Shown one piece after another: positions 1 to 7,297 of a stretch of DNA of 26,362 nt. The notes beneath the pieces were generated by a model. It was not told the origin of the DNA and did no database searches. It saw only the letters and a program-made list of their open reading frames with translations. Every line of letters starts with the position of its first letter. The stretch's first letter is position 1. This DNA comes from an uncultured Pseudomonadota bacterium (GTDB lineage: Bacteria > UBA10199 > CAZHVX01): positions 1,613-27,974 of the forward strand of contig CAZHVX010000005.1 in the NCBI GenBank assembly GCA_964536295.1, read 5' to 3'. Both the position numbers and the translations under genes were made by a program.

Positions 1-71
1 CTTCAGTGGAAACATATTTGAAGTATGCCGAAGCTATTGGCTTAACAGCTTCAGCCGCAACTCCTGCATAG
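1..71 (+). CDS. gvpA: Partial gas vesicle structural protein GvpA. Only the 3' end is present, truncated by the window edge. The C-terminus reads ...[22 protein letters not shown].
   Basis: In-frame translation of 3-71 matches the C-terminus of the complete gvpA at 330-545 residue for residue. Synonymous nucleotide differences (gcc/gct, cct gca/cca gcg) show a tandem paralog rather than an assembly duplicate. Stop codon TAG lies at 69-71. Confidence 0.8.
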   Translation, partial: SVETYLKYAEAIGLTASAATPA

Positions 72-79
72 AACCGTTT

Positions 80-145
80 AGCAACGCAGTCCGCAAAAGG
101 CGGACGAGGAGCTTAGCGGTTCTTGCCCCGATATTTATCGGGGCG
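80..145 (+). other. Nested or tandem RNA hairpins in the gvpA1-gvpA2 spacer: GTCCGCaaaaGGCGGAC and CCCCGATAtttATCGGGG, enclosed by GAACCG...CGGTTC.
   Basis: Perfect inverted repeats are visible directly in the sequence. There is no T-tract immediately after them, so they look more like processing or stability elements than a clean intrinsic terminator. Confidence 0.45.
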
Positions 146-329
146 TAAATAGTGAACTGCTTAGCTAGGGATTGAAACATTGTGGAGGGTATGCCGAGAT
201 ATCCTGCAAACGCAAAAACGCAAAGAATATTTTTCGCGATTTCGCGGTTACAGCACATCCCGCCAGGAGTCTTCCCGACGGTCAATCCAACAAGGAGAAA
301 AAAATCCATAATAAAGGAGGTGAGTGATC

Positions 330-545
330 ATGGCAGTAGAAAAAAATATGGCATCCTCGAGTCTAGTTGAGGTTATCGATCGTATTTTGGACAAGGGCGT
401 TGTAATTGACGCTTGGGCAAGAGTTTCATTGGTCGGTATCGAACTGTTATCCATCGAAGCAAGAATCGTTTTGGCTTCAGTGGAAACATATTTGAAGTAT
501 GCCGAAGCTATTGGCTTAACAGCTTCAGCTGCAACTCCAGCGTAA
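330..545 (+). CDS. gvpA: Gas vesicle structural protein GvpA.
   Basis: The protein [63 protein letters not shown]... carries the canonical GvpA signature ([43 protein letters not shown]). The RBS AGGAGGTG sits 7 nt upstream of ATG 330. The ORF-track start at 324 is a GTG just upstream in the same frame. Confidence 0.92.
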   Translation: MAVEKNMASSSLVEVIDRILDKGVVIDAWARVSLVGIELLSIEARIVLASVETYLKYAEAIGLTASAATPA

Positions 546-650
546 TAGGGGTTTTTTAGTATTGGGCGATGTTTGTCAATGCACCCTAGAAAATAATTTG
601 TAGTGTGTATCGCCAAGTATTCGCACATTCATCATCATGGTGGGGGAAAT

Positions 651-1274
651 ATGTCAGCAACAAATACAGCAACAAAACTAGCGCCGGAAGAAGTAATGGA
701 TTTGAGGGCCTTGGCCGAAGAGATCGTTGCTTCGTATGAAGCACGCGTTGAGGCGGTTGGAAACATTATCGACGCAACTCACGAGATGTTAGAAGGCTAT
801 CGTAACGAGCGGCAAAAAGTGGGTATCGAACTCAAAGAAATCTTGGCCAACGGGGCTTCACTCAGGCGGAAGGATTTTGACAAGATGATGTCTGAGATCT
901 TTGCAAAGCAAGATGAGGCCGAAAAAGAGATTCGCAAGGTTCTAAAGGTGTTTTTACGTGAGCAAAAAGAAATTGCATCGCAGCTAAAGGCCGCTTTGGC
1001 GGGAGGCGATTTTGAAATGCTGAGAAAGATGCAGCTAGAAGTTATTGATATGGTTGAGAAAATGAAAAAAATACTATTGTTGTTTCACAATGAACAACAA
1101 AAATTTACAAAGATTCTTAAAGATTTAAGAAACAAAGGAAGTTCTTTAACAATAAGAGAGTTCAAAGAAGTGATAAGTCAGATGCGAGAACGCGAGAAGC
1201 GAACATCTCCAGTTCAGGAAATGACTGTACCTGATATGGCGGAGATGAGCAGGGTAGCATCGGCAGTGACCTAA
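651..1274 (+). CDS. Coiled-coil, charged hypothetical protein. It is a paralog of the N-terminal and repeat region of the 1377-2369 protein and may be gas-vesicle associated.
   Basis: The RBS GGTGGGGG lies before ATG 651. The ORF-track start at 603 has no RBS and adds an unlikely MCIAKYSHIHHHGGGN leader. It shares the motifs ASYEARVEAV / EAMYENRVKF and EKEIRKVLKVFLREQKEIASQL ~ EIKARTKEVASLLKFFHTEHAKMAKEL with the downstream repeat protein. Confidence 0.5.
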   Translation: MSATNTATKLAPEEVMDLRALAEEIVASYEARVEAVGNIIDATHEMLEGYRNERQKVGIELKEILANGASLRRKDFDKMMSEIFAKQDEAEKEIRKVLKVFLREQKEIASQLKAALAGGDFEMLRKMQLEVIDMVEKMKKILLLFHNEQQKFTKILKDLRNKGSSLTIREFKEVISQMREREKRTSPVQEMTVPDMAEMSRVASAVT

Positions 1275-1376
1275 GGTGAAACGTGTGTGACTGGGTGCGC
1301 AAGCGCTTGGGCTATTATTTAGTCGAAGGGCCTACGCGCTTAGGCACTTAACATAAGCAATCAAGGAGGTGAGATT

Positions 1377-2369
1377 ATGGGGATGTCAGATGATATAAGA
1401 AATTTGGGCAAAGAAATTGAGGCGATGTATGAAAATCGAGTCAAATTCTGCGGACAAATGATAAAAGACGAGTCTGATCGCGTGAAAATGACACGTGATG
1501 AGATCCGCAAACGAATCAAAGAGGTTGGTGGGATGCTCCTAAATTTCAACAAGGAACATTCTGATATGGCAGATGTGCTCCTGAGCACACTTGATAAGAA
1601 TGAAAAACAGAGACAACGCGAAACCAAGGCTGAAAACAAACAGCGTCGCAAGGATGTATTTGCATTCTTGAGCGAAGAAGAGACAAGGCGTTTCAAGGAA
1701 GCCTCAGCCGAAATTAAGGCTCGGACTAAGGAGGTTGCTAGCTTATTGAAGTTCTTCCACACCGAACATGCCAAGATGGCCAAGGAATTGTGTGCGAAGC
1801 TTTCAACTGAAGAGGCTCAAAGATTCAAAGAGACAACTCAAGAGATCAAGCAGAGGATTGTCGAGGTTAGTGAACTCCTGGCCCTTTTCGACGAAGAGCA
1901 TGCCAAGATGGCAAAGGAACTTCGGAGGAAGTTGTCTACTGAGGAGGCACAGAGAGTAAAGGAGACAACCGCTGAAATCGAGGCACGTATCAAGGAGACA
2001 GCAAAACTGCTTAGGTTCTTCCACACAGAACATGCCAAGATGGCTAAAGAACTGTTTAAGAAACTTTCTACTGAGGAGACTCAGAGGGTCAAAGAGACTC
2101 AGGCTGAAATCGAGGCCAGACATCGTGATGTTACCAAGTTCCTGGCTGATTTTCATGCCGAAATGGATGCATTGCACGATGCCTTCGAAAAGATCTTTGC
2201 AACGATGGGCAGGAAAAGATCAGGTGGCGCACGTCATTTGAAGACGGAAAGCAAGCAAGCTCATAGCCAGCTGACTACTACAACCGGGGAGGCAAAACCG
2301 GCGACAAAGCACAAAAAGACCGCACATAAACAGAAGAAAAAAACCAAAAGAAGAACGAAACGTAGTTAA
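1377..2369 (+). CDS. Repeat protein with four tandem 44-aa units (LSTEEAQRxKETTxEIxxRIxExxxLLxFFHTEHAKMAKELxxK) and a basic K/R-rich C-terminal tail. Candidate functional analogue of GvpC.
   Basis: Strong RBS AAGGAGGTG precedes the start. Four near-identical 44-aa repeats span residues 98-273, with degenerate copies further N-terminal. Predicted amphipathic helices resemble the ~33-aa repeat architecture of GvpC, though the unit length differs. The assignment is by analogy only. Confidence 0.55.
   Translation: MGMSDDIRNLGKEIEAMYENRVKFCGQMIKDESDRVKMTRDEIRKRIKEVGGMLLNFNKEHSDMADVLLSTLDKNEKQRQRETKAENKQRRKDVFAFLSEEETRRFKEASAEIKARTKEVASLLKFFHTEHAKMAKELCAKLSTEEAQRFKETTQEIKQRIVEVSELLALFDEEHAKMAKELRRKLSTEEAQRVKETTAEIEARIKETAKLLRFFHTEHAKMAKELFKKLSTEETQRVKETQAEIEARHRDVTKFLADFHAEMDALHDAFEKIFATMGRKRSGGARHLKTESKQAHSQLTTTTGEAKPATKHKKTAHKQKKKTKRRTKRS
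1668..2195 (+). repeat. In-frame 132-bp tandem repeat, four units, encoding the 44-aa repeats of the 1377-2369 protein.
   Basis: Repeated nucleotide strings are visible directly, for example gaacatgccaagatggc(c/a)aa(g/a)gaa(t/c)t three times and ctactgaggag several times. Confidence 0.8.
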
Positions 2370-2439
2370 TATCGATTTTTATCCAGAATCGGCAGGGAGC
2401 CTTTAGAGTTCCCTGTCGGTCAACTGGAGGGAGGATATT

Positions 2440-2754
2440 ATGGGGAACTTGAGATGCGCATTTTGCCACGGCTCTGGAAAGGATCCCTTTGAAATATTAT
2501 CTAAGATGTCAACCTGTCAGGTCTGCAACGGCGTAGGCAAGAATAACATTGAGGATCCAACTCGAACGTGCGTCTTTTGTCAGGGAACAGGGGTTCATCC
2601 TTTTTCAAGGCTTTCTTGCACGGTGTGCAAAGGTAAGGGCCAGATTACATCTAAAGGTAAAGGAAAGAAGTGTTCCGATTGTCATGGGACAGGAAAATCT
2701 TTCGGCGAAAATATGCCGTGTTTGACATGTAAGGGAATGGGGGTTCTCAAATGA
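2440..2754 (+). CDS. Small zinc-finger protein made of six CxxCxGxG repeats. This is the DnaJ cysteine-rich-domain motif, here as a stand-alone DnaJ-like zinc-finger protein.
   Basis: The motifs CAFCHGSG, CQVCNGVG, CVFCQGTG, CTVCKGKG, CSDCHGTG and CLTCKGMG are present. The RBS GGAGGGAGG precedes the start. CxxCxGxG is the defining repeat of the DnaJ/Hsp40 CR domain. Confidence 0.7.
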   Translation: MGNLRCAFCHGSGKDPFEILSKMSTCQVCNGVGKNNIEDPTRTCVFCQGTGVHPFSRLSCTVCKGKGQITSKGKGKKCSDCHGTGKSFGENMPCLTCKGMGVLK

Positions 2755-3215
2755 AACCCAAGATTCTCAAAAAAAGCAATGGAAGGGCCACAATTAAGTG
2801 TACCTTTTGTCATGGTAAAGGCACGGATCCCTTTGAGGTTATGTCTAAGCTATCCCGTTGTTCGATTTGTCATGGCAAAGGTGAGGTGATGATCCAAGAA
2901 CCGTTTGCCCCCTGTGCCTATTGTCATGGTACGGGAGTCCACCGGGACAGCCGTATGAGCTGCCTGGTTTGTCATGGCAAAGGGGTTGTGCATATTGATA
3001 GATCATCGAACACCTGTGAACTTTGTGGCGGAACCGGCAGGCAGCCAGGGGAATATCTCCCTTGTCTAATGTGTAAAGGAAAAGGATTTCTTGTTCCGGG
3101 TGAAATTGTGGCCAAGCGAAAAATTAAGAGTACAGACAAAACAAAGAAGCTGGGCAAAAGTGATAGGTTGAAATTGATGAAAAAAAGAGCAACTTTTGTT
3201 AAACGTGAAACCTGA
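2751..3215 (+). CDS. Second stand-alone CxxCxGxG-repeat zinc-finger protein (six repeats) with a K-rich C-terminal tail.
   Basis: The motifs CTFCHGKG, CSICHGKG, CAYCHGTG, CLVCHGKG, CELCGGTG and CLMCKGKG are present. It shares a 4-bp ATGA overlap with the upstream paralog. Confidence 0.7.
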   Translation: MKPKILKKSNGRATIKCTFCHGKGTDPFEVMSKLSRCSICHGKGEVMIQEPFAPCAYCHGTGVHRDSRMSCLVCHGKGVVHIDRSSNTCELCGGTGRQPGEYLPCLMCKGKGFLVPGEIVAKRKIKSTDKTKKLGKSDRLKLMKKRATFVKRET

Positions 3216-3275
3216 GTTCCTTAAGTAAGGAACCAGTTATCTGTTGGGTTCGTTGTTTTCGTTGTTTTAGTTAGC
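3216..3275 (+). terminator. Candidate intrinsic terminator: hairpin GTTCCTTAagTAAGGAAC followed by a T-rich tract (gttgttttcgttgtttt).
   Basis: A perfect 8-bp inverted repeat sits immediately after the stop at 3213-3215, with T-runs downstream. Confidence 0.5.
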
Positions 3276-3304
3276 TAAATCAACCAACCCAACCGAGGTT
3301 AGAG

Positions 3305-3748
3305 ATGTCAGAGCCCACTAAAAAAGAAGTTTTACAGGAACTCTCCGATTTTTATGACAGAGCTACTTCTCGTACACAATTCTTGAAGAAAAAAACCCAA
3401 GAGGCCTTAAGAACAGGTGAGATTTCCGATGATGTAGATCCACATACACGTGAAGTTATTCGCATGACGATCAATGCCCGTATGAGCCGTCTAAAAAGAA
3501 AATCAGATGTCAAAGAAATAATGCAAAAAATCCATAAAGATAAGATGAAACGACAAGGAGCGGATGAATCTCGTCAGAAGGAAGTTAAAGAATTACTCGG
3601 TGCCTTTCATAAGGACAGGATGAAACTGAAAAAAGCATGGCAAGAGTTGGATGAGACAATGCAACGCCTCAGGCAAGAGGCAGGAGGCACGAAGCAGAAA
3701 TCAGGAATCAGGACGCAGGAAGCGATGATCAAGAAGGCGGGAACGTGA
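3305..3748 (+). CDS. Hypothetical charged, helical protein.
   Basis: The ORF is long with no recognisable motif. Its RBS is weak (GAGGT). Confidence 0.4.
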   Translation: MSEPTKKEVLQELSDFYDRATSRTQFLKKKTQEALRTGEISDDVDPHTREVIRMTINARMSRLKRKSDVKEIMQKIHKDKMKRQGADESRQKEVKELLGAFHKDRMKLKKAWQELDETMQRLRQEAGGTKQKSGIRTQEAMIKKAGT

Positions 3749-3845
3749 ATCATGCCTCATGTTTCGTGTTTCATGCTTCATAAAATTAACAATGGTCGCG
3801 GCAACCGTCCGCCGGACGTTTGAAGCGCCCAAAAAGGAGGGTAAA

Positions 3846-4766
3846 ATGGTAGAAGAATTAACAACAGTATTGGAGCCACAATCACTACCTAATTTTGTAG
3901 AGACACCATATGTAAAAGGGGTTACTGAGCGAGCTTTAGACTATATCAAAGCTGGCTTTCCAGTCCATTTTCGTGGCGTCTCCGGCACAGGTAAGACAAC
4001 CTTGGCCATGCATGTCGCTAGTATTCTTGGCAGACCCGTGGTTATGATCCACGGTGATGAGGAATTCTCTACATCAGACCTGGTGGGAGGTGAACATGGC
4101 TACAGCATGCGGAAGGTGGTCGATAATTTTATCCATTCGGTCTTGAAGACACAGGAAGATATGACCAAAAAGTGGGTAGATAACCGCCTGACGGTTGCAT
4201 GTAAATATGGTTTTACATTGATCTATGATGAATTCACGCGGTCCCGTCCAGAGGCAAACAACGTCCTGCTTTCAATCTTGCAAGAAAAGATGATGGACCT
4301 TCCAGCGGCAAGGGAGGGTGGAGAAGGTTACCTGAAGGTAGACCCAAATTTTACCGCCATCTTTACAAGCAACCCCGAGGAATATGCCGGCGTTCATCGT
4401 TCACAGGATGCCCTTCGTGACCGGATGGTAACACTGGATCTAGATTTTTTCGATGAAGAGACAGAGGTAGAAATTACTACGGCCAAATCTGGTTTGATAA
4501 AACCGGATGCAACAAAGATAGTCAGGATCGTTCGTGACCTAAGGGAATCGGGCGTATGCGAATTTGAGCCGACCGTTCGTGGTTGTATCATGATTGCAAA
4601 GACGTTGTCCGTATCGGATGGAAATAAAGCGATTTCAGCTGATAACCGCAGGTTTGTGGCTATAGCTCAAGATATTTTGGCATCAGAGACATCACGAATC
4701 GGCTCTAAGAGCAATGAAAAGAAGGTAAAAGAAGCAATATTAAAAAGTGTTGAAAAGTACTGCTAA
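3846..4766 (+). CDS. gvpN: Gas vesicle AAA+ ATPase GvpN, copy 1.
   Basis: It has the Walker A motif GVSGTGKTT and Walker B motif LIYDEF. Its length and arrangement match GvpN, and it is ~60% identical by eye to the second copy at 5110. The RBS AAAGGAGGG precedes ATG 3846. The ORF-track start at 3759 adds an implausible leader. Confidence 0.9.
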   Translation: MVEELTTVLEPQSLPNFVETPYVKGVTERALDYIKAGFPVHFRGVSGTGKTTLAMHVASILGRPVVMIHGDEEFSTSDLVGGEHGYSMRKVVDNFIHSVLKTQEDMTKKWVDNRLTVACKYGFTLIYDEFTRSRPEANNVLLSILQEKMMDLPAAREGGEGYLKVDPNFTAIFTSNPEEYAGVHRSQDALRDRMVTLDLDFFDEETEVEITTAKSGLIKPDATKIVRIVRDLRESGVCEFEPTVRGCIMIAKTLSVSDGNKAISADNRRFVAIAQDILASETSRIGSKSNEKKVKEAILKSVEKYC

Positions 4767-4802
4767 TGGCTGATGTAGAAAAATGATCATAGGAGGTAAA
4801 TT

Positions 4803-4973
4803 ATGTCACTACTAAGAGGATTTTCAAATGTGGATAAGGAAGGAAAGATTCCGATTCCCAATAATATTAAAAGGGAATTGAAGCTAAAACCGGGCGCAAT
4901 GGTGGAGATTAGGGTAAGCGGACCCAATAATGCCCCATACATCATTGTCCGACCGAAGAAGACATTACGTTAG
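4803..4973 (+). CDS. Small protein of 56 aa with an AbrB/MazE/SpoVT-type swapped-hairpin-like motif. Candidate DNA-binding regulator or antitoxin-like protein. It is absent from the ORF track because it is under 60 aa.
   Basis: The RBS is strong (AGGAGGT, 7 nt upstream). The protein MSLLRGFSNVDKEGKIPIPNNIKRELKLKPGAMVEIRVSGPNNAPYIIVRPKKTLR contains 'G.I.IP..IR..L.L..GD.VEI' resembling the AbrB-N/MazE signature. Confidence 0.45.
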   Translation: MSLLRGFSNVDKEGKIPIPNNIKRELKLKPGAMVEIRVSGPNNAPYIIVRPKKTLR

Positions 4974-4980
4974 TTGTGTA

Positions 4981-5087
4981 CGCGGATCTAACGCCGATCT
5001 GCTACACGGATCTAACGCGGATCCATCTATTATAAATGAAAAGATCGGCGTTTGATCAGCGTTGTCGGTCTGCGTTTGATCAGCGCC
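4981..5087 (+). repeat. GATC-rich imperfect palindromic element, copy 1 of 3. It is built from GATCTAACGC / GCGTTTGATC half-sites around an AT-rich centre TTATAAAT, and ends about 10 nt before the gvpN2 RBS.
   Basis: The element cgcGGATCTAACGCcGATCTgctacacgGATCTAACGCgGATCcatctattataaatgaaaaGATCggcgtttGATCagcgttgtcggtctgcgtttGATCagcgcc has at least 8 GATC sites and dyad symmetry. Confidence 0.8.
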
Positions 5088-5109
5088 ACAAAAATATAGG
5101 AGGTGAATC

Positions 5110-6063
5110 ATGGACTTTTTAGAATCATGTGCTATTCAAATTTCCCCGGATCAACCATCATTTGTTAAATCTCCATATATTGAGGAAATTGTTGGCCGTG
5201 CCATGAACTACATTAAAATTGGGGCACCTGTCCACTTTCAGGGACCGTCCGGTACGGGTAAGACCACATTGGCCATGTACATTGCGGGTAAATTGGGGAA
5301 GCCCACAATACTTATACATGGCGATGAGGAATTTGGCACATCAGATCTGGTTGGGAAAAGCAATGGATATCGTTCCAAACGGGTTTATGACAACTTTATA
5401 CAATCGGTTAAAAAGTTTGATGAAAAGTTCGAATCATCATGGGTTGATAACCGCCTCACCTTGGCCTGCAAACATGGCTGCACTCTTATTTACGATGAAT
5501 TTACTCGTTCGCGACCAGAGGCCAATAATGTCCTTTTATCGGTCCTGGAAGAAAAAATACTTGATATTCCAACTGCTGCTGGTTCCGAAGATGCAAACCT
5601 ACTCCACGTTCATCCGGATTTTACAGTCATTTTTACAAGCAATCCTGAAGAATATGCCGGTGTTCATAAATCGCAGGATGCCTTAAGGGATCGGATGATA
5701 ACGATTAACCTGGATCATTATGACCGGGATTCTGAAATTACTATTACAGAGAAAAAGGCGCAGGTCCCGCGAAAACAGGCCTCGATAATAGTAGATCTGG
5801 TTCGTGATTTTCGAAAAACTGAACAATATAAATTCAGTCCCACGGTGCGCGCTTGCATTATGATTGCAAAAATTTTAAAACTTGGCGGTGCAAAACCAAA
5901 CAGCAAAGACGATTTATTTATGAGGACCTGCTTTGACATCCTTGATCCGGAGACATATCGCGTTGTCGGCACTGGAAAGGAAGAGATGAATAGAAACAAG
6001 GCACGTACAATCATAACGAAGTTGGTGGCAAAACACTGCGATAATGGGGGAAAGACAAAATAA
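5110..6063 (+). CDS. gvpN: Gas vesicle AAA+ ATPase GvpN, copy 2.
   Basis: It has the Walker A motif GPSGTGKTT and is collinear with copy 1 (the motifs NRLT.ACK.G.TLIYDEFTRSRPEANNVLLS and FTSNPEEYAGVH.SQDALRDRM are shared). The RBS AGGAGGTG is present. Confidence 0.9.
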   Translation: MDFLESCAIQISPDQPSFVKSPYIEEIVGRAMNYIKIGAPVHFQGPSGTGKTTLAMYIAGKLGKPTILIHGDEEFGTSDLVGKSNGYRSKRVYDNFIQSVKKFDEKFESSWVDNRLTLACKHGCTLIYDEFTRSRPEANNVLLSVLEEKILDIPTAAGSEDANLLHVHPDFTVIFTSNPEEYAGVHKSQDALRDRMITINLDHYDRDSEITITEKKAQVPRKQASIIVDLVRDFRKTEQYKFSPTVRACIMIAKILKLGGAKPNSKDDLFMRTCFDILDPETYRVVGTGKEEMNRNKARTIITKLVAKHCDNGGKTK

Positions 6064-6076
6064 AAAGAGGTGTCCT

Positions 6077-6406
6077 ATGAAAAATAAATTTCAGGGTTTA
6101 GACGCTATTCCCACAATGCAGAAAAAGAAAATTCGCTCTATGCCCAAAACAGAAGGACAGGACTATCTGGATCTTTATATCCTGGAGAAGGAGAAAAATA
6201 GATTAAAGCAGGAGGAACATCAGGCAAAGAAGCGTTCCAAACAGGTTGAGGAAGGATTAAAATTTGCGGAAGAAGAGATAGGGAGATTAGAAAAAGAACT
6301 GCCTGAGAGAAGTAAGGAAACAAGAGAGGGAAAAGGCAAGAAAAAAGACGAGTTCAAAAAACGGCTACCAAAAAAACCGTTTAAGGTGATGAAACTTGAC
6401 TACTGA
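6077..6406 (+). CDS. Hypothetical K/E-rich coiled-coil protein.
   Basis: The RBS AAAGAGGTG precedes ATG 6077. No recognisable motif is present. The sequence is strongly charged (EKEKNRLKQEEHQAKKRSKQVEE). Confidence 0.4.
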   Translation: MKNKFQGLDAIPTMQKKKIRSMPKTEGQDYLDLYILEKEKNRLKQEEHQAKKRSKQVEEGLKFAEEEIGRLEKELPERSKETREGKGKKKDEFKKRLPKKPFKVMKLDY

Positions 6407-6407
6407 T

Positions 6408-6504
6408 GCCGCTGATCTAACGCGGATCTACTACGCTGATCAAGCACAGATCTTTATAATAAAGGATCAGCGTTAGATCGGCGTTGTGGATCAGCGTTAG
6501 ATCC
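6408..6504 (+). repeat. GATC-rich imperfect palindromic element, copy 2 of 3, ending about 10 nt before the RBS of the 6525 gene.
   Basis: The element gctGATCTAACGCgGATCTactacgctGATCaagcacaGATCTttataataaagGATCaGCGTTAGATCggcgttgtgGATCaGCGTTAGATCcg has the same half-sites and AT-rich centre as copies 1 and 3. Confidence 0.8.
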
Positions 6505-6524
6505 GTGTTTACAAAGGAGGGAAA

Positions 6525-6923
6525 ATGGAAAAACATACCGAAGAATTCACATGGCAACCATATCGACATGCAGGTGGAAAGGCTAGAGTTGGGAAAAAAG
6601 GACAACTATTAAAAGGCTCGACGTTCGATTGCGCCTTTTGTAATGGCACCGGAGAAAAGCCGCGTGGATCAAAGTGTTCAGTTTGTCGGGGCGAAGGAAA
6701 GATAAAGGTTGATCCACCAGCTGTATATTGCGCCTATTGTCATGGACGGGGTGAGACTCCACCACGCAGCAATTGTACCTGTACCGTTTGTCGTGGTAAG
6801 GGCGTGGTAAGTATCCAACAGCCGGTTGAGGCCTGTGCTCATTGTCGTGGAACGGGGGCCGAACCGGGCAACAAACTGCCTTGTTTAAAGTGCCGCGGTA
6901 AGGGTGTTGTAGCGAAGAAATAA
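6525..6923 (+). CDS. Third stand-alone CxxCxGxG-repeat zinc-finger protein (DnaJ CR-like), with an N-terminal extension.
   Basis: The motifs CAFCNGTG, CSVCRGEG, CAYCHGRG, CTVCRGKG, CAHCRGTG and CLKCRGKG are present. The RBS AAAGGAGGG precedes the start. Confidence 0.7.
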   Translation: MEKHTEEFTWQPYRHAGGKARVGKKGQLLKGSTFDCAFCNGTGEKPRGSKCSVCRGEGKIKVDPPAVYCAYCHGRGETPPRSNCTCTVCRGKGVVSIQQPVEACAHCRGTGAEPGNKLPCLKCRGKGVVAKK

Positions 6924-6924
6924 G

Positions 6925-6952
6925 ATCCCCTCTTCCCTTGGGGAGAGGGTCA
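6925..6952 (+). terminator. Imperfect GC-rich hairpin (CCCCTCTTCCCttGGGGAGAGGG) just after the stop at 6923. Possible terminator or attenuator.
   Basis: The inverted repeat is seen directly. There is no clear T-tract, because the next gene's RBS follows. Confidence 0.3.
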
Positions 6953-6967
6953 GAGTGAGGAGGAGAT

Positions 6968-7285
6968 ATGCCCAACGGAACAGAAAAAAAGGCCTTAGAG
7001 GCTATGTATGAATTGGGCGGCAAGGCAGATATCCGTACAGTAAGCCGTCATATCAGTGTAGATACAAACTATGCGCGTCTTCTTTGTAATGCCTTAGGGA
7101 GGGCGGACTATATCGATATCGATCGGACCGGGCTCTGCGTCCTGGCACCTAAGGGTAAGTCAGAGTTGAAGGCCATGGGAAAGTGGAAAGTCGCTGAAGG
7201 TGATTCAGAAACCAGGCCGGATCCGATGGATGTCGATATCCAAGAACGAATCGATGCATATCAGAAAAAACACCGAGCGTCTTAA
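6968..7285 (+). CDS. Small protein with a winged-helix-like region. Candidate transcriptional regulator.
   Basis: The RBS GAGGAGGAG precedes the start. The segment KALEAMYELGGKADIRTVSRHISVDTNYARLLCNALGRADYIDIDRTGLCVLAPKG reads like an HTH plus wing, but the assignment is by pattern only. Confidence 0.4.
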   Translation: MPNGTEKKALEAMYELGGKADIRTVSRHISVDTNYARLLCNALGRADYIDIDRTGLCVLAPKGKSELKAMGKWKVAEGDSETRPDPMDVDIQERIDAYQKKHRAS

Positions 7286-7297
7286 GGAGTATATGTT

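Noticed and set aside
1361-2241. Several minus-strand and alternative-frame ORFs (1361-1783, 1803-2177, 1838-2038, 1768-1959, 2032-2241) across the 44-aa repeat gene.
   Set aside because: Repetitive coding DNA keeps multiple frames open. The S/L/C-rich translations have no motifs and no RBS, and the + strand repeat protein is strongly supported.
3759-3845. An upstream extension of gvpN1 (MFRVSCFIKLTMVAATVRRTFEAPKKEGK-) from the ORF track.
   Set aside because: There is no RBS at 3759. A strong AAAGGAGGG RBS lies 7 nt before ATG 3846, and the GvpN paralog alignment begins there.
4981-5087. Whether the GATCTAACGC repeats could be a small CRISPR array.
   Set aside because: The units are about 10 bp, not 24-48 bp. 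They occur in both orientations as a dyad around an AT-rich centre, with no unique spacers of regular length. The pattern is a palindromic element, not CRISPR.
5219-5686. A 155-aa ORF on the + strand in an alternative frame inside gvpN2.
   Set aside because: It lies entirely within the well-supported gvpN2 coding frame and has no RBS. Its composition is typical of an out-of-frame shadow ORF (W/R/P-rich).
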